Positions 7,664 through 16,613 of a stretch of 48,970 bases of DNA are shown here, piece after piece. The position numbers were made by a program, and so were the translations under genes. Source of the DNA: Minisyncoccota bacterium (GTDB lineage Bacteria > Patescibacteriota > Minisyncoccia > Phycocordibacterales > UBA12079); the NCBI GenBank assembly GCA_028689435.1, contig JAQTWD010000002.1, positions 1 through 48,970 of the forward strand, in the 5' to 3' direction. How positions within the stretch are numbered: position 1 is the stretch's first letter; the number at the start of each line of letters is the position of its first letter. Below the pieces are notes generated by a model. The model was not told where the DNA came from, did no database searches, and was given only the letters and a program-made list of their open reading frames with translations.

Positions 7664-8791
7664 ATGAAAATTTTATTAACAGGCGGAGGAACAGGGGGGC
7701 ATTTTTATCCTATGATCGCTGTTGCTCAACATATCAGAAAAATTTCCGAAGAAAATAAACTATTACAACCAGAGATATTTTTTGTTTCCGATCAGCCATA
7801 CGACGAAGATCTTTTGTTTAGAAATGAAATCACTTTTAAAAAATTATCCACTGGAAAATTAAGGTTGTATTTTTCTATTCAAAATTTTTTTGATATTTTT
7901 AAAACTACCAACGCTGTAATAAAGGCTCTTTTTATGATGTGGTCAATTTATCCAGATGTAGTATTCACCAACGGGGGATATGGTGCTTTCCCAATGCTTT
8001 TTGCTGCAAAATTTTTCCGAATTCCTGTTGTCGTGCACGTAACCGATACTGTCCCTGGAAAAGTGGCTCTTTGGGCATCAAAATTTGCAAAGAAAATCTC
8101 TATCGGCTTTCCAGAAACCGCCGATTACTTGGATAAAAGCAAAACCGCTTACACGGGTAATCCAATCAGAAGAGGGCTAGCGACACCTCTTGAGCAAGGA
8201 GCACACGAATTTTTAAAACTAGAAAAAGAAACACCAACAATTTTGATTTTGGGAGGATCACAAGGTTCACAAATAATTAACGATATTATTGTTGATATTT
8301 TGCCAAATCTGTTAGAAAAATATCAAATAATCCACCAAACAGGAAAAAACAATTTTGACGAAGTAATATCGCGAGCAAATATGTTAATTCAAGATAGCTC
8401 TTACAAAAAAAGATATAAACCTTTCAAATATCTTGATTTTCTTGCTTTGAAAATGGCGGTTGGAGCAAGTGATTTGATCATATCACGAGCAGGTGGCTCA
8501 ATTTCTGAAATCGCTGCTTGGGGAATTCCAAGTATTGTGATTCCGATCAATAGTTCGGCAGGGGATCATCAAAGAAAAAATGCTTATTCTTATGCTAGAA
8601 CAGGATCAACAATAGTCGTTGAGGAAAACAATTTAACACCACATCTTTTGGAAGCAGAGATAGTAAATCTAATGAATAATGAAGAAAAAAGAAAACAAAT
8701 GGCAGAAGCAACAAAAAAATTTGCAAAACTGGATGCAGGAGAAAAAATCGCCCAAGGAATTCTGAATATTGCTTTAGGTCACGAGAAATAA
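7664..8791 (+). CDS. murG: UDP-N-acetylglucosamine--N-acetylmuramyl-(pentapeptide) pyrophosphoryl-undecaprenol GlcNAc transferase
   Basis: N-terminal GGGTGGHFYP. C-terminal GGSQGS and RAGGSISEIAAWGIPSIVIP...DHQRKNA motifs. Confidence 0.9.
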   Translation: MKILLTGGGTGGHFYPMIAVAQHIRKISEENKLLQPEIFFVSDQPYDEDLLFRNEITFKKLSTGKLRLYFSIQNFFDIFKTTNAVIKALFMMWSIYPDVVFTNGGYGAFPMLFAAKFFRIPVVVHVTDTVPGKVALWASKFAKKISIGFPETADYLDKSKTAYTGNPIRRGLATPLEQGAHEFLKLEKETPTILILGGSQGSQIINDIIVDILPNLLEKYQIIHQTGKNNFDEVISRANMLIQDSSYKKRYKPFKYLDFLALKMAVGASDLIISRAGGSISEIAAWGIPSIVIPINSSAGDHQRKNAYSYARTGSTIVVEENNLTPHLLEAEIVNLMNNEEKRKQMAEATKKFAKLDAGEKIAQGILNIALGHEK

Positions 8792-8852
8792 TTAACAAAG
8801 CCAATAGCTGATAGCCTATAGCCAATAGCAAAAAATTGCAAAGCAAATCTAT

Positions 8853-9146
8853 ATGAAAAAATTTACAAGAACAATAGAAGACTTTGTTTGTGAAAATTGC
8901 GGAACAGAAGTAACCGGAGATGGATACACAAACCACTGCCCAAAATGTCTTTGGTCTAAACACGTTGATATAAATCCAGGAGATAGATCGGCCGATTGTG
9001 GAGGAATGATGAAGCCAACAGGGTTAGATAAAAAATCCGATGTGTTTTATGTCATCCAAAAATGTGAAAAGTGTGGGCATGAGAGAAGAAATAAATTGGT
9101 AACGGGAGATTCTTTTGATGAAGCAATTAAATTACTCCAAATTTAA
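8853..9146 (+). CDS. RNHCP domain-containing zinc-ribbon protein
   Basis: CENCG...TNHCPKCLWSKHVD...CGG...CEKCGHE pattern matches the RNHCP domain as I recall it. Confidence 0.6.
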   Translation: MKKFTRTIEDFVCENCGTEVTGDGYTNHCPKCLWSKHVDINPGDRSADCGGMMKPTGLDKKSDVFYVIQKCEKCGHERRNKLVTGDSFDEAIKLLQI

Positions 9147-9329
9147 CGAAATTCTTCGTCAGTTTCATAAAAATTTTTCTCGTCGTATGTCAAAATACGA
9201 CTTAAAAAATTTTTAATCACTTCCTCGAATTTCATTTAAATTTGAAGTAATTTCTATTTTCGTTAAACTCCTCCTAAAAAGAGATTTGTGGTAATATATA
9301 TTATAGTTTTAGAAGTAAGAAATATAGAA

Positions 9330-10691
9330 ATGAGTCAAGAAAATCAAGCACAAGCAAAAAAAATAATAACCAGATTTCCGCCATCACCGACGGGTTTTTT
9401 GCATGTTGGAAGTGCCAGAACCGCTCTTTTTAATTATATTTATGCAAAACAAAATGGAGGTGAGATGCTTTTTAGATCTGAAGACACCGACAGGGAAAGA
9501 TCTAAAAAAGAATTTGAAGATGAGATATTGGAAAGTTTGGAATGGTTGGGAATAGAAATAGATAAAGAAAAAATTGTAAGGCAGTCCGAGAGAGGAGAAA
9601 CTTATAAAAAATATTTGGAAAAAATGATTACCGACGGCACTGCTTATGTGTCAAAAGAAATTGCCGAAAAAGAAGGCGACAGAACAGAGATAATCAGATT
9701 TAAAAATCCAAATAAAAAAGTTGTTTTCAATGACACAGTCAGAGGTGACATAGAATTTGATACAACCGAACTGGGAGATTTTGTAATTGCAAAAAGTTTA
9801 ACCGAACCGCTCTATCATCTAGCGGTTGTTGTTGATGACTACGAAATGGGCGTAACACATATAATAAGAGGCGACGACGGTATCTCAAATACACCAAGAC
9901 AAATTTTAATCCAAGAAGCCATTGGAGCACCAAGACCATTTTATACTCATATGCCACTTAGTTTAGCTCCAGATCGTTCAAAACTTTCAAAAAGACACGG
10001 CGCAGTTTCTATTCGTGAATACAGAAAAATGGGCTACTTGCCCGAAGCAATGATAAATTATTTAATGCTTCAAGGATGGAATCCAGGAACAGACCAAGAA
10101 ATTTTTTCTCTTGATGAATTGATCAAAGAATTTGATTTAACAAAAATTCAAAAAGGAGGCGCTATTTTTGATCTCGTGAAACTGGATTGGTTTAACAAAG
10201 AATATATCAAAAAAATGTCAGCGCAATTTTTTAAAGAAAAAGTTTTAGAATTTTTACCTGAAAAACTGAAAAAGATGAGAGAATATTCTGATCAAATTTT
10301 GGAAAAAATATTACCTGTTTTGAAAGAAAGAATAAATAAATTTTCTGATTTGGAAGAAATGTTTGAGGGCGGGGAATTGGAATATTATTTTAAAAATCCC
10401 GAATACAGCGAAGAGAGTTTGGTTTGGAAAAGTGCCGAAAAACAAGAAACTATTGAGCACTTAAATAAAATTATATCTATTATTGACAATATTGATAATT
10501 TTCAGTCTGATGAGATAAAAACAGCTCTTTGGGATTATGCAACAGAAAAGGGCAGGGGCAATGTCCTTTGGCCAATGAGATTTGCCTTATCCGGAAAAGA
10601 CAAATCACCAGATCCATTTACATTGGCAGAGATTTTAGGAAAAGAAAAAACAAACGAGAGATTAAAAATAGCTTTAGAAAAATTAAAATAA
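9330..10691 (+). CDS. gltX: glutamyl-tRNA synthetase
   Basis: PSPTGFLHVGSARTALFNY (HIGH region) and KLSKRHG (KMSKS). Class I GluRS length. Start set at MSQENQ. Confidence 0.9.
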   Translation: MSQENQAQAKKIITRFPPSPTGFLHVGSARTALFNYIYAKQNGGEMLFRSEDTDRERSKKEFEDEILESLEWLGIEIDKEKIVRQSERGETYKKYLEKMITDGTAYVSKEIAEKEGDRTEIIRFKNPNKKVVFNDTVRGDIEFDTTELGDFVIAKSLTEPLYHLAVVVDDYEMGVTHIIRGDDGISNTPRQILIQEAIGAPRPFYTHMPLSLAPDRSKLSKRHGAVSIREYRKMGYLPEAMINYLMLQGWNPGTDQEIFSLDELIKEFDLTKIQKGGAIFDLVKLDWFNKEYIKKMSAQFFKEKVLEFLPEKLKKMREYSDQILEKILPVLKERINKFSDLEEMFEGGELEYYFKNPEYSEESLVWKSAEKQETIEHLNKIISIIDNIDNFQSDEIKTALWDYATEKGRGNVLWPMRFALSGKDKSPDPFTLAEILGKEKTNERLKIALEKLK

Positions 10692-10692
10692 A

Positions 10693-11988
10693 ATGCTTCA
10701 AGATCATTTTAAATTGTTAATATTATTTTTTATTATCTTTTCGTTGGGCTTGTTAAACCCGTCTTTTATAAATGCCTCTATAATTGATGACATAAAAAAC
10801 CAAATCCAATCTAAGTCATCTAGTATAGGAGACTTAGAAAAAGAAATAAAAAAATATCAAGAGGAATTAAACAAAGTCAGTGAAGAAAAAAAATCTCTGA
10901 ACAACGAAATATATCGCCTAAACTTGGACAGAAAAAAAATATCTACTGATATAAATCTCACAGATAACAAAATTCAATCAACAAGTTTAACTGTTCAAAA
11001 ATTAGCAGTTGATATACAAGAAAAAGAAAATTCTATTTATCAAAACAACACAGCGCTAGCAGAAATTGTTAGATTAATTAATGAAAACGATTCTAATTCC
11101 ATCGTAGAAATTTTGCTTTCTCAAAAAGACCTTTCAGAATTTTGGGATGATTTTGACAGTCTTCAAAGATTACAAATAGATATAAAGAGAAAGACCAGCG
11201 AACTGGTTATGTTAAAAAACGGTTTAGAAACAGTTAAAATGGAATCTGAAATGAAAGAAAGGGAATTATTAAATTATAAATCTCAGCTGGCCGATCAAAA
11301 ACAAATTATTGATTACAACAAAAAAGAAAAGGATCAGCTTCTTTCAGTTACTGCAAACAAAGAATCTCTTTATAAAAAACAATTGGAAGAAAAAAAGAAA
11401 TTGATGGAAGAGGTACTTCAAGAAATACAAAGACTGGAATCACAATTAAAAATTGAAATTGATCCAAGCAGTCTCCCAGATGCAAATTATGGTATCTTGA
11501 GCTGGCCATTAGAAAATATCTATATAACCCAATTCTTTGGCAATACTCCTTTTTCCACCAGCAACCCTCAGGTTTATAATGGAAATGGACACCCCGGAAT
11601 CGATTTTAGAGCGTCCTCTGGAACAAAAGTACTCTCTGCTATGGGAGGTGTTGTCAAAGGAACAGGTAACACAGACTCTATCCCTCCAAAGTGTTATTCT
11701 TATGGAAAGTGGGTTCTTATAGAACATCCAAACGGCTTATCTACTTTGTACGCCCATTTATCTCTTATAAAAGTAAGCGCCGGGCAAACAGTTAATGCTG
11801 GAGAAATTATCGGATACAGCGGAAACACAGGATACTCAACTGGACCACATCTTCACTTTGGAGTTTATGCTAGCAAAGGGGTCCAGATTACAAAATTTAC
11901 TAACAGTATAAACTGTAAAGACAAATATATTCCTTTGGCTTCTCGTGATGCTTATCTAAACCCGATGTCTTATCTACCAAAATATTAA
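10693..11988 (+). CDS. M23 family metallopeptidase with N-terminal coiled coil (EnvC-like)
   Basis: Signal/TM segment, long coiled-coil region, then HPGIDF...LYAHLS...GPHLHFGV LytM/M23 motifs. Confidence 0.85.
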   Translation: MLQDHFKLLILFFIIFSLGLLNPSFINASIIDDIKNQIQSKSSSIGDLEKEIKKYQEELNKVSEEKKSLNNEIYRLNLDRKKISTDINLTDNKIQSTSLTVQKLAVDIQEKENSIYQNNTALAEIVRLINENDSNSIVEILLSQKDLSEFWDDFDSLQRLQIDIKRKTSELVMLKNGLETVKMESEMKERELLNYKSQLADQKQIIDYNKKEKDQLLSVTANKESLYKKQLEEKKKLMEEVLQEIQRLESQLKIEIDPSSLPDANYGILSWPLENIYITQFFGNTPFSTSNPQVYNGNGHPGIDFRASSGTKVLSAMGGVVKGTGNTDSIPPKCYSYGKWVLIEHPNGLSTLYAHLSLIKVSAGQTVNAGEIIGYSGNTGYSTGPHLHFGVYASKGVQITKFTNSINCKDKYIPLASRDAYLNPMSYLPKY

Positions 11989-12050
11989 AACAAAGATTAC
12001 TGTTAACAATCTTGTTTTAAAGTTTATTTTTTAATAGTATAATTTGATTT

Positions 12051-12359
12051 ATGATAAATAAAAATTCTGGATTTTTGCAACTAGTTTTGATTATTATAAT
12101 TGGCATTATTATATTAAGTTACTTTGGATTTAATTTGAGAGGCATTGTAGAGGCTCCTCAGACACAAGAGAACCTTGGGTATGCTTGGGGTCTGGTCACT
12201 AATTTCTGGGACACTTATCTAGCTGGTCCCGTGTTATATTTTTGGAATGATATTTTTCTAGATTTACTTTGGAGTAGCTTTGTTGAAAATATGGAAAGAA
12301 TAAAAGCAGGGGACCCAACAACAATTCAAGAAATGGCTCCTAGTGTAGATATTCAATAA
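12051..12359 (+). CDS. small membrane protein, hypothetical
   Basis: N-terminal TM helix. No family recognised. Confidence 0.4.
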   Translation: MINKNSGFLQLVLIIIIGIIILSYFGFNLRGIVEAPQTQENLGYAWGLVTNFWDTYLAGPVLYFWNDIFLDLLWSSFVENMERIKAGDPTTIQEMAPSVDIQ

Positions 12360-12539
12360 ATAATATGTGGGATCATCTCTTAGTTATAATATTAGCTATT
12401 TTTGTTATTATTCTCTGGTTTATAACCGTAGGATCTTAATTTTCAAATCTATTTCTTTTTTAAATAAAAGATGCTAATGTAAACTTCAGAAATTTATCTT
12501 GTATCTACTCAAAAATCTATTGCAAGGGGAGAAACAAAA

Positions 12540-12860
12540 ATGAAGAATGTAGCAATCTTTTTAGGTCTAGTATTTGTTGCATTTTTAACCATAAACCATA
12601 AACAAGCCGCCGCAAGCTACTCAAAGAACGGCTGTTATATCCTTGTAGTACAAGTAGACTCAACTGTGGACGTTTTTGAAGCAGAAAATCGTGAAGAATC
12701 TACACGTGCACAAATGTATTTTGAGAGAGATTTTAGATTTGTTGAAGTTTTAAAATATTGCGAAGGAACAAGAAAATACAATAAAATAAACAATGCAATC
12801 AAAAATAAACAAGTTTATTTTTTCCCGAACTCAGAAGAAGACCAGACAGAAACATTTTGA
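12540..12860 (+). CDS. small secreted protein, hypothetical
   Basis: AAGGGGAG SD, signal peptide (…NHKQAAA), followed by several hairpins. Confidence 0.45.
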   Translation: MKNVAIFLGLVFVAFLTINHKQAAASYSKNGCYILVVQVDSTVDVFEAENREESTRAQMYFERDFRFVEVLKYCEGTRKYNKINNAIKNKQVYFFPNSEEDQTETF

Positions 12861-13045
12861 TTTAACTAATTAATCCTTAACAACGCAATAAAAAGCCCCC
12901 TCGACAATAATAAAAAATACATAAGAGGGGGCTTTATTTTAATTATTCAATGTCGCAAAAGGTATATTGTGCGACATTGCAATAATAAATAAACAAGGCC
13001 TTTTAGGCCTTCTCCCTGCAAGTAGAGGTATCAATATACCTCTAC

Positions 13046-13633
13046 TTAGTTAAACAAATCTTTTTCTTCTTCCTTGAGAGTTTTTATTATCTTATAAAAA
13101 AGTTTCTCCACTTCTGGGTCCAATTTAACTTTATCTTTTTTAATATCAATAATCATATCAATTGAAACATTTTTTTCTTTCCACATTTTTCTGCTACTTG
13201 TATAAATATTTAAAATTGGCTCTATCTTGTCTAAAGCGTAAATAAATTTTGCTTCTGCATCACTCTTGGACTCGTATTGTTTTATAAGTTCAAAAATTTC
13301 TGGAAATTCTTTGAACTCACTTTCCAATCTTACTAAAGATTCTTCCTCCCTTTTTATTTTACTTTTTTTAAATTCACTATCAGTTGTGTGGGCATAAGTG
13401 TCCCCTGCATAAATTTCAACTAAATCATGTACAAGTGAATATTTGATGACAAGATCCAAATTCAGATCTAATTTTTGGGTTGAAATAATATACCAAGCCA
13501 ACATAGTTAACTGATAGCTATGCTCTACATCGTTTTCGAGCCTGTCTCCCCCGTTTGAGCGAATTACTCTTTCAATTTTACGAAATTCATTAAGTAATTT
13601 TGTAAATTTTAAAATATTTTGTAAATCTTTCAT
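13046..13633 (-). CDS. HD-domain phosphohydrolase (YfbR-like 5'-nucleotidase family)
   Basis: ENDVEHSYQL...LVHDLVEIYAGDT HD motifs. Start set at MKDLQN. Confidence 0.7.
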   Translation of the reverse strand: MKDLQNILKFTKLLNEFRKIERVIRSNGGDRLENDVEHSYQLTMLAWYIISTQKLDLNLDLVIKYSLVHDLVEIYAGDTYAHTTDSEFKKSKIKREEESLVRLESEFKEFPEIFELIKQYESKSDAEAKFIYALDKIEPILNIYTSSRKMWKEKNVSIDMIIDIKKDKVKLDPEVEKLFYKIIKTLKEEEKDLFN

Positions 13634-13704
13634 ATTAAAAACTATTATATCATTTTCATTTAAAAAATATAAAAACAAAAAAGAAGCGCCTTTTCAGGCA
13701 CTTC

Positions 13705-13980
13705 TCAAACAAAATTTAAGGAACAAATATTAGTCCAGCAGGACCATTTATTAAGAACTTTTTTATAATCGTTTTCTGGAATATTTACCAAGACTACCTG
13801 TCTAACTCCGTGAGTCACAAACCAATCATTTTTGATATTGTCAGTAATGATTGTATCTGCCAGACGATGAGTATCGACAATTTTTATCCCTCCCCAATCA
13901 TTTACCTCTTCCATTACTTTGGGAAGTAAATTTTTATCTTGAATTGAAACAAATAAAAAGAAAATATTTCCCATGCTCAT
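13705..13980 (-). CDS. hypothetical protein
   Basis: ORF only; upstream of the HD gene on the same strand. Confidence 0.3.
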   Translation of the reverse strand: MSMGNIFFLFVSIQDKNLLPKVMEEVNDWGGIKIVDTHRLADTIITDNIKNDWFVTHGVRQVVLVNIPENDYKKVLNKWSCWTNICSLNFV

Positions 13981-14095
13981 AATAAATATCCATTTTCTGA
14001 TTTTTATTTAATAACCTACCAAATTACTCTATTCTATAAACAATTATAAAGATAAAAAAAATAAGAGCAAATTTCTTTACTCTTATTTTTTTAAT

Positions 14096-14293
14096 TTATA
14101 TTTTGCTAGGAATAATAAGCCAAGCCAATATATAGACGATGATGGCAGGAATAATTTCTGTTACCAAAGCGAGAAAGATGAAAATTAATCTTATTATTGT
14201 TGAATCAATTCCAAAAGTCTCTCCTATTCCACCACAAACTCCGCCTATTTTCTTGTCTGTTTTCGACAAATGCATTTTTTTAATCTTGTTCAT
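14096..14293 (-). CDS. PspC domain-containing membrane protein
   Basis: KKIGGVCGGIGETFGIDSTIIRLIFI followed by a TM helix. Confidence 0.75.
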   Translation of the reverse strand: MNKIKKMHLSKTDKKIGGVCGGIGETFGIDSTIIRLIFIFLALVTEIIPAIIVYILAWLIIPSKI

Positions 14294-14390
14294 AGTATTT
14301 AAGGTTATTTTCTAACATTTTTACTCTACCACAAAAATAGCTTTCATAGCAAGAAATACAACAAAATCAAATTTTTATCCTGTTTATTTT

Positions 14391-14425
14391 GAAAATAAAA
14401 AAAGAAGGGCTCGAAAGCCCCTCTT
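14391..14425 (-). terminator. rho-independent terminator of the G+C-rich 221-aa gene
   Basis: On the minus strand, AGAGGGGCT-TTCG-AGCCCTTCT followed by a T-tract, immediately after the TGA stop. Confidence 0.75.
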
Positions 14426-14427
14426 TT

Positions 14428-15093
14428 TCAGAGTCCGCACACGCGACGGTGTGTGGCTCTGGCCTGATCTCCTTTTTTTCCAGCCGACGCTCGTGTCGGC
14501 CGTTTCCTCCCATATTTGCCGTGAGAATCGATGCCGTGATGTTTGAGAGATGCCATGTTTCCATCGCACTTCCAGTGACCCTTCAGCGAAGGATTTTCGC
14601 GGTAGATGTGACATTCCCTGTTTTCCTTTTTCAGCTCGGTCTTCCTCGGGGTAACCGGCTGACAGACGCGCTGACTCGTCGGGGACTTGAATGTCAGGGT
14701 GTCGTTGTCAGTCCAATGATCAGTATAGAACCCAGCACCCTTTTCGGCGACAAACTGTGCCCACGCCTCGGCATAAGCCGGATCGTGCATCGCCGTCTCG
14801 TCCGGGAAAAGATGGTCGTCGTTGCAGAGAAAATCTTCCGCGTCATCGTCGTCACCGAACCCGTCCGGGAAAAGGTCGCACTGGATGTTCTCCGAAGAAA
14901 AATCCTCGATCGCCCGCGAGGCAAAATGGTCGGGGTGGCTGACCACGAACATATCACCACGACCGACCCCCGGAAAGTCCTCCTCAATAAAACCGAGCTT
15001 TTCTTCCTCACACGACATCATCCTTGGGGTGATGTCGAAAAGCGGGTTGAGAATCTGGCCAATCTGATAGATAACAACCAATCCTTGTGCCAT
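14428..15093 (-). CDS. orphan protein, very acidic centre and basic Cys/His-containing C-terminus (G+C-rich island)
   Basis: GGAGGTG SD lies 5 nt before the ATG. Own promoter at 15140-15167 and own terminator. Strongly G+C-rich relative to its flanks. No family recognised. Confidence 0.6.
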   Translation of the reverse strand: MAQGLVVIYQIGQILNPLFDITPRMMSCEEEKLGFIEEDFPGVGRGDMFVVSHPDHFASRAIEDFSSENIQCDLFPDGFGDDDDAEDFLCNDDHLFPDETAMHDPAYAEAWAQFVAEKGAGFYTDHWTDNDTLTFKSPTSQRVCQPVTPRKTELKKENRECHIYRENPSLKGHWKCDGNMASLKHHGIDSHGKYGRKRPTRASAGKKGDQARATHRRVCGL

Positions 15094-15139
15094 CTGTGCA
15101 CCTCCAAAAAAAGATTAATAAAGAAAGTTTCTAGCTAAA

Positions 15140-15167
15140 ATATTACCACACAACAATATATTGTCAA
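15140..15167 (-). promoter_or_regulatory. sigma70-type promoter of the 14428-15093 gene
   Basis: Minus strand: TTGACA, 16-nt spacer, TAATAT. Confidence 0.5.
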
Positions 15168-15262
15168 TAGTCAAGGTGTTTATTTCAAGAAGTTTGTTTT
15201 TTAGAAATTGAATCGAAATTCGAAATTAATAATTAAAAATTCCAGCCAAAGACTACAAAGAA

Positions 15263-15628
15263 CTATAACCCCTTGCAGTTTTTGGCTGGCGTATATCCCC
15301 TACTTTCCGCTTCTTCTCTTGTTTCAAACCAAATTTTATTAGCATCATTTATTGTCTGAGCCCCAGAACACCACGGAAGGTGATATTTTGTGCCATTTTT
15401 TGACGCCACGTAATTCCCTATTATCTCATTATTTTTAGGTATCAAATTGGCAGACGCGATCTGTAAAGGAATATCATTTTCTTCAAACGAAGATATCCTG
15501 CCCAAACCAAAGGAGGCCGATGTAGCAAAAATTATTATTAAAACCACAAAAACATCATCTTTATTAACAAAGTCCATTATTAACTTGATTTTATTAACCA
15601 AATGTCTTATACTTTCTCTCATATTCAT
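15263..15628 (-). CDS. membrane-anchored protein with C-terminal YHxxWC...GYxPxxxC (Ada-like metal-binding) motif
   Basis: TM helix, then KYHLPWCSGAQTI...FETREEAESRGYTPAKNC. Confidence 0.45.
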   Translation of the reverse strand: MNMRESIRHLVNKIKLIMDFVNKDDVFVVLIIIFATSASFGLGRISSFEENDIPLQIASANLIPKNNEIIGNYVASKNGTKYHLPWCSGAQTINDANKIWFETREEAESRGYTPAKNCKGL

Positions 15629-15718
15629 TTAATTATATAATTTAATGTAAGAAGGTAAATGTTGATAAGGAAAAGTTTTTGCTTACTACTTATTACTTAC
15701 TACTTACTACTTACTGAT

Positions 15719-15991
15719 ATGGCACATAAGAAAGCCGGCGGATCGGCAAAAAATCTAAAAGATTCAAATCCTAAATATTTAGGAACAAAACTTTATGACG
15801 GAGAAACTGCAAAAACAGGTTCTATTTTGGTTCGCCAAAGAGGAACAAAAATATTGGCAGGAAAAAATGTAGGGGTAGGAAAAGATCACACATTGTTTGC
15901 TCTTAAAGAAGGACAAGTAAAATTTACACCAAAGAGAAAAGAAAATTTTGACGGATCAAAAAACCAAAGAAAAGTTGTAAATGTTATATAA
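15719..15991 (+). CDS. rpmA: 50S ribosomal protein L27
   Basis: [12 protein letters not shown]...[11 protein letters not shown]...GKDHTLFA. The upstream ORF extension runs through a TACTTACTAC repeat. Confidence 0.9.
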   Translation: MAHKKAGGSAKNLKDSNPKYLGTKLYDGETAKTGSILVRQRGTKILAGKNVGVGKDHTLFALKEGQVKFTPKRKENFDGSKNQRKVVNVI

Positions 15992-15999
15992 CACAAAAT

Positions 16000-16037
16000 A
16001 AAAAAACACTTAGGTCTCCGAGACTTAAGTGTTTTTT
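16000..16037. terminator. bidirectional terminator hairpin between rpmA and rplI
   Basis: AAAAAACACTTAGGTCTC / GAGACTTAAGTGTTTTTT. Confidence 0.65.
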
Positions 16038-16043
16038 ATTTGT

Positions 16044-16490
16044 TTAATTCCTAGGAACAATTTCTAAAATGAATTCAGCTGATTTTTTCCCAACCTTTAT
16101 GGTTATCTTGTGTTCCGATGCTTCTTTAATTGGTTTATCCAAAACAATATTATCTGGGTTTATTTCAATGGCCTTTTGATCCTTTATTGCATCTATAATA
16201 TCTCCTTTATCAATTCCAGCAAACAATTTTCCTTCATCATTTATCTTTGCTGAAATACTTACTCTTGAATCTTTTAATTTTTCGATACTTTCAATCAAAT
16301 CCAGCTCTTTCGTTTTTTGACTTTGTTCATGTTGCAATCTTTCTGACTCCAATTCTCTCAAAGCATTAACGGTTGCTACTTTTGCCAACTTGTTTGGAAT
16401 TAAAAAATTTAAAGCATAACCGTCGGAAACATCTTTTACTTCGTATTTTCTGCCTGTTTTTGCAACATTTTGTAATAATATAACTTTCAT
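16044..16490 (-). CDS. rplI: 50S ribosomal protein L9
   Basis: MKVILLQNV...GYALNFLIPNKLA N-terminal domain. 148 aa. Confidence 0.9.
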   Translation of the reverse strand: MKVILLQNVAKTGRKYEVKDVSDGYALNFLIPNKLAKVATVNALRELESERLQHEQSQKTKELDLIESIEKLKDSRVSISAKINDEGKLFAGIDKGDIIDAIKDQKAIEINPDNIVLDKPIKEASEHKITIKVGKKSAEFILEIVPRN

Positions 16491-16613
16491 AAATTTACTA
16501 AAATAAATACTAATCTACGAATTATACTAATAATACGAATGCGATACAAATATTAAAAATAATATACATTAGTAATTATTCGTATAATTTGCATCATTCG
16601 TATATTAGTATGT

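Noticed and set aside
8595-8963. A 122-aa minus-strand ORF spanning the murG 3' end and the RNHCP gene start.
   Set aside because: It is antisense to two well-supported plus-strand genes and crosses an intergenic repeat (CCAATAGCTGATAGCCTATAGCCAATAGC).
14389-15138. A 249-aa plus-strand ORF, and several other ORFs (14691-14942, 14694-15011, 14822-15067, 14384-14614), overlapping the 14428-15093 gene.
   Set aside because: Long antisense and alternative-frame ORFs are expected in a G+C-rich segment. Only the minus-strand 221-aa frame has an SD (GGAGGTG), a promoter upstream and a terminator right after its stop.
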